From positions 96,001 through 160,000 of the forward strand of contig JBDRCX010000002.1 in NCBI GenBank assembly GCA_043821365.1: a DNA stretch of 64,000 nt, in the 5' to 3' direction. This stretch comes from Candidatus Micrarchaeota archaeon. Lineage in GTDB: Archaea > Micrarchaeota > Micrarchaeia > Anstonellales > Bilamarchaeaceae. Below, one piece after another: positions 17,762 through 28,013 of the stretch. A program made the translations under genes and the position numbers. Position 1 is the stretch's first letter, and each line of letters begins with the position of its first letter. Below the pieces are notes generated by a model. It saw only the letters and a program-made list of their open reading frames with translations. It searched no databases and was not told the DNA's origin.

Positions 17762-18685
17762 CTATCCCTTACTTATAAGCTTCCAATAATTATATTGTGC
17801 AGTTATCTCAATAAGATTCTGTAATGTTGCAATTGCTATGATTAATACCAAGAATACAATTGCCAATATAACTAAACCAACAGGGATAATCAGGTACATT
17901 ACACCTGATAGGGCGCTTGCACCAATCATTCCCAATCCAAATAATACTAATCCGATTACTATTCCTATTCCTACTAAAACAAGGAGGAGTATCATCATTA
18001 CTGCAGATATTATTGCCCAAAGTAACAATGAGAATAAGAATGTCTCAAGAAGGTTGTTTTTAACAATATCAATACTTCGTTTGAAGCTTTCCACTATACC
18101 CTTTCTTGCTATGATCACTTCGAAAATAGCAAATTGGATAAAAAGGTGCAATATTGCAGCCACAATAGATATAATCACCCTCAAAACTAATTCAATCAAG
18201 GATCCTGCGAGGATCAGCATCGGGCTTCCACTAAAATTAGTACCAAGACTTATGATGAGATATATAACATAAAACGGCCCCAATATCACAAGAGTAATCA
18301 ATATATTTGCAATAACGTATAGGAAAAATGGAACAATGTTGACTCTGATTTGCGCAATTATGTCTAATTCTTCATTCTTGCATTTCTTGTCTATAAAATT
18401 GTAAGATACTGAATTTACTACTCCTGAAAAAAATAGCGCCACAAACAAGATAATCACTGCGAATATGGTTATTATCAGTGCTGATCCGACCAGTGATGGT
18501 CCTGCTAATCCAAATGCACTAATACCAAGTAGTAAATATGGTGCAATTGCTATTCCAATACCAATCAGAACTACTATGGTGGCAAGAAATTGTATTAGAA
18601 ATATTCCTTTAAAGATACTAAAAAAATCCTTTTTTAATAATTCTATAGTTTTTCCAAGTGAATCAGTTATAAACTCAAGTGCCAT
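17762..18685 (-). CDS. Multi-pass membrane protein of unknown function
   Basis: Several long hydrophobic segments; 'ESFKRSIDIVKNN' pattern common in archaeal membrane DUFs. Confidence 0.75.
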   Translation of the reverse strand: MALEFITDSLGKTIELLKKDFFSIFKGIFLIQFLATIVVLIGIGIAIAPYLLLGISAFGLAGPSLVGSALIITIFAVIILFVALFFSGVVNSVSYNFIDKKCKNEELDIIAQIRVNIVPFFLYVIANILITLVILGPFYVIYLIISLGTNFSGSPMLILAGSLIELVLRVIISIVAAILHLFIQFAIFEVIIARKGIVESFKRSIDIVKNNLLETFLFSLLLWAIISAVMMILLLVLVGIGIVIGLVLFGLGMIGASALSGVMYLIIPVGLVILAIVFLVLIIAIATLQNLIEITAQYNYWKLISKG

Positions 18686-18794
18686 CTTTACACCACATCT
18701 AGATTTAGTAAAAAAATATTCCTATTTTTTACATTATTTTATGATAAAACGTCTATAGTAATGTTTAAAAACAGGTAATAGCATAATAATCTCT

Positions 18795-18911
18795 TGTCAG
18801 CGGTCATAGGTAGGGGGAAACACCTGATCCCGTTTCGAACTCAGAAGTTAAGCCCCTTCACGGTGTTATGAGTACTGCCCCACGGGCGGGAAATTGCACT
18901 GCTGCTGACAC
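18795..18911 (+). rRNA. rrf: 5S rRNA (unlinked)
   Basis: Terminal helix TGTCAGCGG/CTGCTGACA; conserved GGTCATAG, CCTGATCCCGTTTCGAACTCAGAAGTTAAG, AGTACT, GGGAAA. Confidence 0.93.
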
Positions 18912-18974
18912 TTATCTTTCTCTTATATCTTATGGCCTATTGATAGCCAAATGAAATTACTATTATATAATATA

Positions 18975-19559
18975 CTAATTCTTCATTTGATCCAGAAGTT
19001 CTCTTGCTCTATTTCTCACAGTTTGGTCTACATCCCTATCTCTTCCAGTATCGTGTGCTCCTATAATACTAGATAGTTCCCATCTTTTTCCTCTATCAGC
19101 TAGTTCTTGAACTGCCCACAAAGCAATCCCAACATCTCTTGCAATAAATCCAACTGAACCTAGCTCACTTGTACAATCTCGTGCAATTAAAATTCGCATA
19201 GCTGTTTCTTGTGTTGGTCTATCGGTATGTCTTGATGCAACCATTCCAACTAATGCGTTGCTTTCTAATTTGTCTACTATATTGCCCATTTGATCTACTA
19301 TCATTGCTATTTGAGGTTCTAATTGGGTATAGGGTACTCCTCGACATAAATCAGACAATGCTCTATCTCGTGTTTTTGGATCTACAATGCCAACTAACTC
19401 TCTAAGTATGCTTTTTTGTCTTCTTTCATCTGCTGTATAAAATTCAGCTCTAAGTTCTCTTATTCTAGATGCACCAAGAACTTTTACGTCCTGCCCAGTT
19501 CCACTTGTTGGTACTCTTGCATTACTCTGTTGTCTCAAATCTCTTGCTAATTGTCTCAT
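18975..19559 (-). CDS. Hypothetical Arg-rich helical protein
   Basis: Probable ATG at 19559 after a GTGAT SD (track starts at GTG 19568); hand count about 25 R versus 6 K. Confidence 0.65.
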   Translation of the reverse strand: MRQLARDLRQQSNARVPTSGTGQDVKVLGASRIRELRAEFYTADERRQKSILRELVGIVDPKTRDRALSDLCRGVPYTQLEPQIAMIVDQMGNIVDKLESNALVGMVASRHTDRPTQETAMRILIARDCTSELGSVGFIARDVGIALWAVQELADRGKRWELSSIIGAHDTGRDRDVDQTVRNRARELLDQMKN

Positions 19560-19666
19560 AATTATCACTGATATTAGTTGTAATTTATCTTTATTGATGT
19601 TTTTAAATGTATGTTACAATTCCAAGTTAAGGAATTAATTTTAATACATCCATTCAAAAGAAAATT

Positions 19667-20182
19667 ATGAAATTTTATGATGTTCTGCAGAACAGGCATA
19701 CTTGCAGAGATTTTACTGACAAACCTGTTGAAACTCAAAAGATAAAAAATATCATTAACGCAACAATGGGTGCTCCGTCTGCTGGAAATCTACAAGCATA
19801 CAAAATCTATATTGTTCAGTCACAAGAACAAAAAGAATCACTGCTATCAGCTACGAATTACAAGGAATTTATGACCAAAGCCCCACTGATTCTTATTTTT
19901 GTTGCTGATCAGAAACAATCAGAATCAAAATACGGTGCTCGTGGTTTTGAACTTTATTCAGTTCAAGATGCAACTATTGCAACTACCTACGCTCAACTTG
20001 CAGCAACAGCAGAAGGACTTGCATCAGTGTGGGTTGGTGCATTTGAACCACTTGAGGTTTCACGAGTTATCAATCTTATGGCTTATGAGGTTCCAGTTGC
20101 TATTCTTGCCATTGGATATCAAAATGGCCCTGTTAAGCCTACCACAAGAAGACCAATTGAAGACATGGTGAAGGAAATATGA
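19667..20182 (+). CDS. Nitroreductase family protein
   Basis: RHTCRDF, APSAGNLQ, ATAEGLASVWVGAF, ILAIGY. Confidence 0.92.
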   Translation: MKFYDVLQNRHTCRDFTDKPVETQKIKNIINATMGAPSAGNLQAYKIYIVQSQEQKESLLSATNYKEFMTKAPLILIFVADQKQSESKYGARGFELYSVQDATIATTYAQLAATAEGLASVWVGAFEPLEVSRVINLMAYEVPVAILAIGYQNGPVKPTTRRPIEDMVKEI

Positions 20183-20430
20183 TGGAACATAAAGAACGCG
20201 CAAAAAAAGATATAGACAAACTTGATCGTGTAGTCTCCATATTCAAAAAATTAAAATTAGATGAGAAATATCCTAGAGTAATGGAATATGTTGAAAATTA
20301 TTGTTCTGATGCAAAACATTTTTTTGAAAAAGAAGATTACTTTACTGCATTTGGTGCAGCAAACTATGCATATGGTTTCATCGATGCTATTCTTGTTATA
20401 GAGGGTAAAAAAGATGAAATCATACTCTGA
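20179..20430 (+). CDS. DUF357-like protein
   Basis: YCSDAKHF...FGAANYAYGFIDA pattern. Confidence 0.8.
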   Translation: MMEHKERAKKDIDKLDRVVSIFKKLKLDEKYPRVMEYVENYCSDAKHFFEKEDYFTAFGAANYAYGFIDAILVIEGKKDEIIL

Positions 20431-21163
20431 TAGAAATAAAAAATTAGGTCAATGTTTTCTTGAAGACCAGAACATTCTAAAATTGGAAGCAAAAATTGCA
20501 AATATAAAAAATAAAGTTGTTTTGGAAATTGGAGCAGGTGATGGAAGATTAACATCATGGTTGCTACAAGCAAACCCAAAAAGACTAATTGTAGTTGAAT
20601 TAGATCCAAGATTCGTATCAATTCTAAAAGAAAAATTTTCTGATAAGATCGAGGTAATTGAAGGTGATTTTCTTGAGCTGGTACCACCCGAAGTTGATAT
20701 TGTAGTTGGTAATATCCCATATTACATTTCATCAGATATTGTTTTTAAGTTAGCAAAATTAAAAATTGAAAAAGCAATTTTAATGGTGCAGAAAGAATTT
20801 GCACAAAAAATGATAGCAAACCCAAAAGAAAAAAATTATGGAAGATTAAGTGTGACATCACAAATTGCGTTTGATGTTAAGCTTGAGCGAATAGTTCTGC
20901 GACATCTTTTCAAGCCAACACCAAAAGTTGATTCTGCAATTATTATTTTGAAGCCCACCGGCGTTAAAATCAATCAATTTCAGGAAAATATAATTCGGTG
21001 GTTGTTTCAACATAAAAATAAAACTGTAAGGAATTCTTTGCTTGATTCAAAAATGTTTAATAAAAATGAAATTGAGATTCTTGGGGAATATCTGAAAAAA
21101 AGACCACGAATTCTTACAAAAGAAAATTGTTTAGAAATTGCAAAAATTTTAGCGAAGGTTTAA
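20414..21163 (+). CDS. rsmA: 16S rRNA m6,2A dimethyltransferase (KsgA/RsmA/Dim1)
   Basis: LGQCFL, LEIGAGDG, GNIPYYIS, MVQKEFA, YGRLSV, PKVDSA. Confidence 0.93.
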   Translation: MKSYSDRNKKLGQCFLEDQNILKLEAKIANIKNKVVLEIGAGDGRLTSWLLQANPKRLIVVELDPRFVSILKEKFSDKIEVIEGDFLELVPPEVDIVVGNIPYYISSDIVFKLAKLKIEKAILMVQKEFAQKMIANPKEKNYGRLSVTSQIAFDVKLERIVLRHLFKPTPKVDSAIIILKPTGVKINQFQENIIRWLFQHKNKTVRNSLLDSKMFNKNEIEILGEYLKKRPRILTKENCLEIAKILAKV

Positions 21164-21197
21164 AACGTTTGTGTGTTTTGTTCTTACTGTGATTCAA

Positions 21198-21284
21198 ATG
21201 GCAAAAAAAACAAAAAGAAAAGCCGTTAAGAAAAAACCAGTAAAGAAAAAAGCAGTAAAGAAGAAAAAAAGCAGAAGACGATAA
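21198..21284 (+). CDS. Small highly basic peptide (28 aa, histone-H1-tail-like repeats), not in ORF track
   Basis: MAKKTKRKAVKKKPVKKKAVKKKKSRRR*; GTGAT SD-like motif at 21189-21193; stop abuts the dnaJ stop. Confidence 0.65.
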   Translation: MAKKTKRKAVKKKPVKKKAVKKKKSRRR

Positions 21285-22406
21285 TTAGATAATACCTAAA
21301 AGTTTATCGTCTTTTTCACTTTCTTCATCGAATTGATGAAGTATTTCTTTCTGTTTTTTATTTATTTTTTTTGGAATGTTTATTATTATTCTAACTAATT
21401 GATCTCCTTTTCTATTCGTTCCTAATCTTGGCATTCCTTCTCCTTTTAATCTGAAAATAGTATGTGATTGTGTTCCTACAGGTATGTTGAGATTTGCTTT
21501 TCCAAATAATGTTGGTACTTCTACTTTACCTCCAAGAACAGCGTTACTAAAGTTTATTGGTATTTCAATATACAAATCATCTTCTTTTCTTTGGAATTTT
21601 TTATGTTCATCAACATAAACTTTTACAAAGAGGTCTCCTGGTCCATCACGTCCATATTCACCCAGATCTTCTAATCTTAAACTCATTCCATTGTGAATTC
21701 CTGCAGGGATGTTTACTTTTATGTGTTCAGTTGCACTAACTTTTCCAGAACCTCTACAATCTTTACACGGGTTCTCAATTGCATTGCCAACGCCATGGCA
21801 TTTATTACATGTTGTTACTGTGTAAAATGCCATCGGTCCCATTCTCTTTGTTTGTTGCACCTGGCCCCTGCCATTACAATTTGGACATGCTTTTCTTTGA
21901 CTTCCAGGTTCGCTTCCATTTCCCTTACAACGTTGGCATGCTTTACTTCTGCTATAATCAATATCTTTTTTCGTTCCTTTTGCAGCTTCTTCAAGTTTTA
22001 TTTCGATTGATGTTTCCAAATTAGCTCCATAATCTCTTCCACGTCCTCCGCGTCTACCAAATCCACCAAACATTGATCCAAATGCCCCTCCAAATGGATC
22101 TCCGAATCCAAAATTTTCAAACATATCTTGGAAATCACTAAAATCAGCATTTCTAAAAATGTCTTCCTGACTGTACATTTGATCAAAGCCTGCATGACCA
22201 TATTGATCATACTGGGATCTTTTTTTACTGTCATTCAGAACTGCGTATGCTTCTGATATATCTTTGAATTTTTGTTCAGCATCTTGGCTTTTATTTCTGT
22301 CAGGATGGTATTCGAATGCAAGTTTTCTGTATGCTTTTTTTATTTCATCTGTACTTGCATTTTTAGGAACTCCCAGAACTTCGTAATAGTCTCTTTTTGA
22401 TGCCAT
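21285..22406 (-). CDS. dnaJ: Chaperone DnaJ (type I)
   Basis: J-domain with HPD, G/F-rich region, four CxxCxGxG repeats, C-terminal domain. Confidence 0.97.
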   Translation of the reverse strand: MASKRDYYEVLGVPKNASTDEIKKAYRKLAFEYHPDRNKSQDAEQKFKDISEAYAVLNDSKKRSQYDQYGHAGFDQMYSQEDIFRNADFSDFQDMFENFGFGDPFGGAFGSMFGGFGRRGGRGRDYGANLETSIEIKLEEAAKGTKKDIDYSRSKACQRCKGNGSEPGSQRKACPNCNGRGQVQQTKRMGPMAFYTVTTCNKCHGVGNAIENPCKDCRGSGKVSATEHIKVNIPAGIHNGMSLRLEDLGEYGRDGPGDLFVKVYVDEHKKFQRKEDDLYIEIPINFSNAVLGGKVEVPTLFGKANLNIPVGTQSHTIFRLKGEGMPRLGTNRKGDQLVRIIINIPKKINKKQKEILHQFDEESEKDDKLLGII

Positions 22407-22414
22407 GTTGTCGC

Positions 22415-22708
22415 CTAGCGATAGCTACTATTTTGTTTACTATTTTCCATCTCATACCATCTTCTTATTACTCCTGCAGTCCAAATGTCATCCTCGTTCA
22501 TTTCTGGTTCGTTTTGTTTCCTGATTGGTTTTTCTTTTCCAACTAGTACTGCGTATGCTTCGTTTATTTCCCTGAATTTCTCTGCTGCATTGGCATCTTT
22601 GTTTTTGTCAGGATGATATTTCAAAGCAAGCTTTCGGTAGGCTTTTTTTATTTGCCTTTCATCTGCATCCTCTGAAACACCAAGTACTTGGTAGTAATTT
22701 TTCATCAA
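22415..22708 (-). CDS. Small J-domain-only protein
   Basis: NYYQVLGV...[15 protein letters not shown]...[11 protein letters not shown] with a short unique tail. Confidence 0.85.
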   Translation of the reverse strand: MMKNYYQVLGVSEDADERQIKKAYRKLALKYHPDKNKDANAAEKFREINEAYAVLVGKEKPIRKQNEPEMNEDDIWTAGVIRRWYEMENSKQNSSYR

Positions 22709-24609
22709 TCAACCTTTTCGTATTTTCCATCTACTACATCGTCTTCAGAACCTTTCTTCTTTCCCTTTTTTATATGCTCGTAACCTTGTTCACTGTCCTC
22801 GCTTCCGCTCGGGGTGAACCCCGATCCACCGTTACCTGGTCCACTGCCCATTTCAGGACCACCCTGCTGCTGGTACATTGAACCACCAACTTCTTCAAGT
22901 GCCTTTTTCAGATTTTCAGTTTCAGCTCTTATTTTTGCCACATCTTCTCCTTTCATTGCATCTTCAAGCTTTGCTTTTGATGCAATAATCTTTTCATATT
23001 GGTCTTTTGACATCTTGTCTTTTAGTTCATCAACTGTTTTTTTAGCAACATATAGCATCGATTCTCCTTCATTTTTCGCAGTGGCAAGTTCGTATGCTTT
23101 TTTATCTTCTTCAGAGAATTTTTCAGCATCTGCCATCTTTGATTTTATTTCGTTCTCTGCCATTTTGAGTGGTGCAATCACTTTCATTGTCTGTTCTTTT
23201 CCAGTTGCTTTGTCTTTTGCACCAACATGCAAGATGCCATTTGCATCAATGTCAAATGTTACTTCAACTTGAGGCACACCGCGCATTGCAGGAGGAATCC
23301 CAACAAGACTAAACTTTCCAAGTGAAACATTGTCCTTTCCCATTGGCCTCTCACCCTGTAATATGTGTATGTCAACAGCAGTTTGCATATCTGCTGCAGT
23401 TGAGAAAACCTGGCTCTTTTTGGTTGGAATAGTTGTATTTCTGTCTATAAGCTTTGTCATTACTCCCCCAAGTGTTTCAATACCAAGTGAAAGCGGAGTT
23501 ACATCTAGTAAAAGAACATCTTTCACTTCCCCTGAAAGTACTCCTCCTTGGACTGCTGCCCCCATGGCAACACATTCCATTGGGTCAACTCCTCTTTCAA
23601 CTTTCTTTCCTAGAGTGTCCTCAACGAATTTTTGTACTATTGGCATTCTTGTTGGTCCACCGACCATTATTATTTTGTCAATATCTCCAGGTGCCAATTT
23701 GGCGTCTTTCAGTGCATTTTCCATTGGTCCTCTGCATCTTTCAATCACTGGTCTAACCAAGTCATCAAGTTTTGCTCTTGTTACTTTGTGAACAAAATGT
23801 TTTGGTTGATTGTCAACAGATGTTAAGAATGGTAAATTTACTTCTGATTCTAATGAAGTTGATAATTCTATTTTAGCTTTTTCTGCTGCTTCTAAAATTC
23901 TTTGTTGTGCTTGTCTATCTTTTGTTATATCAACTCCACTTTCTTTTCTGAACTGATCTGTTAAATACTCTGAAATAATTTTGTCCATATCAGTTCCGCC
24001 AAGCTGAGTGTCACCATTTGTTGATTTTACTTCAAATACTCCACCACCAAATTCCATTATTGTGACATCCAAGGTTCCTCCACCAAGGTCGAAAACAAGA
24101 ATCTTCATGTCCTTTCCTGCTTTATCTACTCCATAGGCAAGACATGCTGCAGTTGGTTCATTTACCAATCTTACAACTTCTAATCCTGCAATTTCTCCAG
24201 CATCTTTTGTTGCCTGCCTTTGATTGTCATTAAAATAAGCTGGCACTGTAATAACTGCTTTACTTACCGCTTCGCCAAGAAATTCTTCTGCATCTTTTTT
24301 TATCTTTTGTAATATGAATGCAGAAAGTTCCTGTGGCCTGTATTCTTTATTGAATATCTTATACTTGTGATCAGTTCCCATTTTTCTTTTAAAAGCACTT
24401 ACTGTTCCTTCTGGATTTGTTACTGCCTGTCTTCTTGCTGGTTCGCCAATTATTCTTTGGCCATCACGTGTAAATGCAATATAACTTGGAAATGCCTTTC
24501 CATATTGAGTTATTCCCTCAGCACTTGGGATGATCTTTGGTCTACCTCCCTCTAAAAATGCAGCTGCTGAATTACTTGTCCCTAAATCAATACCAATTAT
24601 TTTTCCCAT
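22705..24609 (-). CDS. dnaK: Chaperone DnaK (Hsp70)
   Basis: [42 protein letters not shown]. Confidence 0.98.
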   Translation of the reverse strand: MGKIIGIDLGTSNSAAAFLEGGRPKIIPSAEGITQYGKAFPSYIAFTRDGQRIIGEPARRQAVTNPEGTVSAFKRKMGTDHKYKIFNKEYRPQELSAFILQKIKKDAEEFLGEAVSKAVITVPAYFNDNQRQATKDAGEIAGLEVVRLVNEPTAACLAYGVDKAGKDMKILVFDLGGGTLDVTIMEFGGGVFEVKSTNGDTQLGGTDMDKIISEYLTDQFRKESGVDITKDRQAQQRILEAAEKAKIELSTSLESEVNLPFLTSVDNQPKHFVHKVTRAKLDDLVRPVIERCRGPMENALKDAKLAPGDIDKIIMVGGPTRMPIVQKFVEDTLGKKVERGVDPMECVAMGAAVQGGVLSGEVKDVLLLDVTPLSLGIETLGGVMTKLIDRNTTIPTKKSQVFSTAADMQTAVDIHILQGERPMGKDNVSLGKFSLVGIPPAMRGVPQVEVTFDIDANGILHVGAKDKATGKEQTMKVIAPLKMAENEIKSKMADAEKFSEEDKKAYELATAKNEGESMLYVAKKTVDELKDKMSKDQYEKIIASKAKLEDAMKGEDVAKIRAETENLKKALEEVGGSMYQQQGGPEMGSGPGNGGSGFTPSGSEDSEQGYEHIKKGKKKGSEDDVVDGKYEKVD

Positions 24610-24637
24610 TTTTTCACCTCTTACCTTCTAAGGAGAT

Positions 24638-25147
24638 TCAAAAAGAACCTGGGTTCTTTTTATCCTCCTTTTTACCTACTACAACTTTTGCATGCCTCAA
24701 AATTTTTCCATTAATATAATATCCTTTTTGTACTACTTCGATTACTTTTCCATCATCACCATCTGCCTGCCTTATTGCATCATGCTTAAATGGATCGAAA
24801 TTTTCCCCTTTTGCTTTCATCTCCTGCACTCCATCTTTCTTTAACATATCAAGGAGTTTTGCATAGATTAATTCCACTCCGTGTTTGAATTCTTTTGGTG
24901 GGGCATTATCAATATGTGCCATTGCTCCATCAAGTTCATCAACAATTGCCAGAATTTTAATCATTGAATCTGCATTTGCCTTTTCTTTTATGTTTTCGTT
25001 TTCTCTCATCACCCTCTTTTTATAATTTTCAAATTCTGCTTGGACCCTCATCAATTTCTCTTCAAGTTCTTTTACTTGTTTATCTTTTTGGTGAAGTCCT
25101 TCTGCTTCATCACCTAAAAGTTTCACTTCTTCAGGTGCTTTGACCAT
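24638..25147 (-). CDS. grpE: Nucleotide exchange factor GrpE (may extend to 25204)
   Basis: RVQAEFENYKKR, FDPFKHDAI, VQKGY...LRHAKVVV. Confidence 0.95.
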   Translation of the reverse strand: MVKAPEEVKLLGDEAEGLHQKDKQVKELEEKLMRVQAEFENYKKRVMRENENIKEKANADSMIKILAIVDELDGAMAHIDNAPPKEFKHGVELIYAKLLDMLKKDGVQEMKAKGENFDPFKHDAIRQADGDDGKVIEVVQKGYYINGKILRHAKVVVGKKEDKKNPGSF

Positions 25148-25282
25148 CTTATGTTCTTCCGGGGGAAGAATCTCTTCAGATTTTTTATTCCCAATTTCTT
25201 TCGTATAATCACCTGGTTAATATTTTAACAATTTGTTTAATATTTAGTAAACCTTTTAAATCTTTTTATGGAAAGTTAAATT

Positions 25283-25684
25283 ATGACGCAACGGCGCTAT
25301 TACCGCCAAATAGTTATTCGATATATCTCAGTTCCAACTAAGGATGAATCTAATGATACTGAGCTTGATTATATATATCAATGTCTTGGACTTGGAGATG
25401 AAAAAGACGACGTTGGACCTCTTGTTTTCAAAGCACTGGTTAAAGCAAGCATGGATGGAACCGGAATATCATCCAGAGATATCATGCAATTAAGTGAGGT
25501 AAGCCAAGCTGCAGTAATATATCATCTGAATCTGTTTCAACGTTCCGGTCTTGTTATCAGAGACGGAAGAATGTACTATTTACGTGGCCGTACACTTGAA
25601 GATACATTAGGTGAGATGCAAAATGATATGCACAGAAGATTCGGACATCTTAAGGAAATTGCAAGAAAAATAGAAAAAATATAA
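25283..25684 (+). CDS. Winged-helix (ArsR/TrmB-like) transcriptional regulator
   Basis: ISSRDIMQLSEVSQAAVIYHLNLFQRSGLV HTH-wing pattern; divergent from grpE. Confidence 0.7.
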   Translation: MTQRRYYRQIVIRYISVPTKDESNDTELDYIYQCLGLGDEKDDVGPLVFKALVKASMDGTGISSRDIMQLSEVSQAAVIYHLNLFQRSGLVIRDGRMYYLRGRTLEDTLGEMQNDMHRRFGHLKEIARKIEKI

Positions 25685-26581
25685 TTATTTACTTGTTGTC
25701 AAAATTATGCTGTATTCTCTATTATACGATAATGGTTGCCATTGTGTTTCTGTTGCTATGCTTGTTTTAGAATCAACTGATAAACTCATTTCTTTTGTAT
25801 ATTCATTTCCAGGGTTATTCTTATCTATTGTATTATAATGTACATAGAAAACATCACTCACTGGTTTTTTCTCTTCACCTTGCTCAACTTTCATAACTAT
25901 CCAATATTTTCCTGCAGGTATTTCTTGTTGTTGTGCAAAGTCAAAATTAATCCAGTTTTCAGTAAGAGTTGCTGCGTTTGTTGGTTTTTTTACTGTAGAA
26001 ACTAGTGGTCCTGGATTGCCATTATTATCAGCTCTTAATTCCACTACCATCATATTGTTAGGGTCAGTGCTTGATGCCAGTCTTTTCATATAAATTCTTA
26101 TTCTAGCTGGAGTTATGTTTGCATCAGTTTCTATTGCAACTGCTCTCCACTCCTTAAAAGAAACACCGTCGGTGTCACTTCCTGCAGTATTATTATTTCC
26201 TATGGGAGCAACATACAAGCTTTTTGCCTGGATAATAATCCCATTATTCTCTATTGTCATTTGAACTGTTCCGTCTTTTGATGGTGCAAAACCAAGATTC
26301 AGAACTGTAGTGTCATTTGTACTTAGGGTTGCACTTGCAACTTCAACACCATCTAATTTTACTATGTATGTTTCTCCTGCACCACAATCAATAGTTGCAA
26401 TCAAATCTGTTGTTTCACCAAGAGTTACTGTGCTTATTTGTGAAAAAGTATAATCAAGAGTACATTCTTCTATTGTTGGCCCAAGCTGTAATTGGGGCGT
26501 ATCCGAAACAGGTGTGTTCCCAGTACATCCAAAGAATAATAGTATTGCTAAAGCTAAAATCAAGTTTTTCATGATTAACAT
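25685..26581 (-). CDS. Secreted/lipoprotein of unknown function, beta-rich
   Basis: Lipobox-like LLFFGC after a hydrophobic signal; T/N-rich. Confidence 0.7.
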   Translation of the reverse strand: MLIMKNLILALAILLFFGCTGNTPVSDTPQLQLGPTIEECTLDYTFSQISTVTLGETTDLIATIDCGAGETYIVKLDGVEVASATLSTNDTTVLNLGFAPSKDGTVQMTIENNGIIIQAKSLYVAPIGNNNTAGSDTDGVSFKEWRAVAIETDANITPARIRIYMKRLASSTDPNNMMVVELRADNNGNPGPLVSTVKKPTNAATLTENWINFDFAQQQEIPAGKYWIVMKVEQGEEKKPVSDVFYVHYNTIDKNNPGNEYTKEMSLSVDSKTSIATETQWQPLSYNREYSIILTTSK

Positions 26582-26594
26582 TCAGTTTGAATGT

Positions 26595-26936
26595 TTAAAA
26601 ATCAGTTGTTGCTATTTCTTTGACTCCATCTATCCAACCACGCAAATATTCCTGCCATTCAAGTTCTCTTTCTTTGTTTAATACTGAAAAATGCAATTTT
26701 TCATTATGTGGCAAAATCAGACTATCAAATTCTTCGTGGTTTAATTCACTCCACTCTTTCATCTCGTAATAATCAGCAAAATCACTGGCCCAGATCCTAC
26801 CCCTATGCAAGCCAACAAAGTATGCTTTGTTTTTGCTTGATCCCTCGATCTTCAAAAGAGATTCTATTACACCAGGCATACTTTTATTATGCATAAAAGT
26901 CTTTATAAATATATGCGATTTCCCACTTTTCACCAC
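26595..26936 (-). CDS. Hypothetical protein
   Basis: 113-aa ORF co-oriented and closely spaced with neighbours. Confidence 0.55.
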   Translation of the reverse strand: MVKSGKSHIFIKTFMHNKSMPGVIESLLKIEGSSKNKAYFVGLHRGRIWASDFADYYEMKEWSELNHEEFDSLILPHNEKLHFSVLNKERELEWQEYLRGWIDGVKEIATTDF

Positions 26937-26996
26937 ATTTATTCAAAATCACAAACACACTATCCTAAGAGGCTTGGAGGTAACTGCAGTCTAGCA

Positions 26997-28013
26997 TCAT
27001 ACGCTAATTGATTCAACGTTTCCTTTGAATTCTTTCAAAATACCAGTATTAAGCAGGTGTATTATATTCTGAGTATCTGCTCCTCGTATTAATTTCATTC
27101 TAATTACAAATTCGCATGCTCCGTTTTTGACGCCGTTGACAAATATCTTTGGTTTTGAATCATCTGGTATATCCTTCAATTCAATAGTTAACCTAGATGA
27201 AATGCTATGGAGTTTAGAACTCATTTTTTCAACATCATTCCCCTTTATTCTGGCATAGACACTTATCTCGTTCATATCTGTTTTGTGGAGTGTCAACATT
27301 TTTTTGAAAAACATGTAGTTTGGTATTGCCACCATTTTCCCATCAATTGTTCTCAATAATGTCGAACGTGCATAAATTCTCTCTATGAATCCTTTCTTCC
27401 CATCTATCTCTACTAGATCTCCTTCTTCTAGATAATAATTCGTTAATTGGAAACCAGCAGCTATACTCCTTATTTGTGAGTGGAAAACTGTAAAGAAAAA
27501 TAACCCAAGTAAAGTAACTAAAATTGCAACTACAAAACCAGCCTCAGTATCTAACACCTGTATCGATAAAATGAAAGCCAAACTGTAGATTAATATGCTC
27601 ACTGCACTTTTCAACATTGGTAAAGAACGATAGAGAGTTGCAATCTCAGCTATTCTTGTTTTTCTATATCTTATGTCTATCATGCTGAGAATTATCTTAG
27701 CGATTATATTCACGATAATGAAGATTACAAGTATGTTCCATATCTTGAATAATGGGTTTGTAAGTATATCACTCTGTACCGATGAAAGTCCGAAATAAAT
27801 ACTAATCAAGAAGATGCCAATAGCAATTGATGGAGTCAGACTACGCATTATTTCTGGTATAAAATAGAGGCTACCTTTCGCAAAAGCTTTGCTACCAATT
27901 CTTAGTAAAATACTCCAGACCAGAATACCAATAAGGAATACAATGGCAAATACTGCCCCTCCTATCCAAATACCATCCCATGTTATGTTTGTTAAATCCA
28001 TTATAAACACCAA
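26997..28013 (-). CDS. mscS: Small-conductance mechanosensitive channel (MscS family); likely ATG at 28001
   Basis: TM helices then GDLVEIDGKKGFIERIYARSTLLRTIDGKMVAIPN. Confidence 0.85.
   Translation of the reverse strand: MVFIMDLTNITWDGIWIGGAVFAIVFLIGILVWSILLRIGSKAFAKGSLYFIPEIMRSLTPSIAIGIFLISIYFGLSSVQSDILTNPLFKIWNILVIFIIVNIIAKIILSMIDIRYRKTRIAEIATLYRSLPMLKSAVSILIYSLAFILSIQVLDTEAGFVVAILVTLLGLFFFTVFHSQIRSIAAGFQLTNYYLEEGDLVEIDGKKGFIERIYARSTLLRTIDGKMVAIPNYMFFKKMLTLHKTDMNEISVYARIKGNDVEKMSSKLHSISSRLTIELKDIPDDSKPKIFVNGVKNGACEFVIRMKLIRGADTQNIIHLLNTGILKEFKGNVESISV

Noticed and set aside
18795-18911. Unlinked 5S rRNA as a novelty
   Set aside because: Dispersed rRNA genes are common in DPANN and several other archaea
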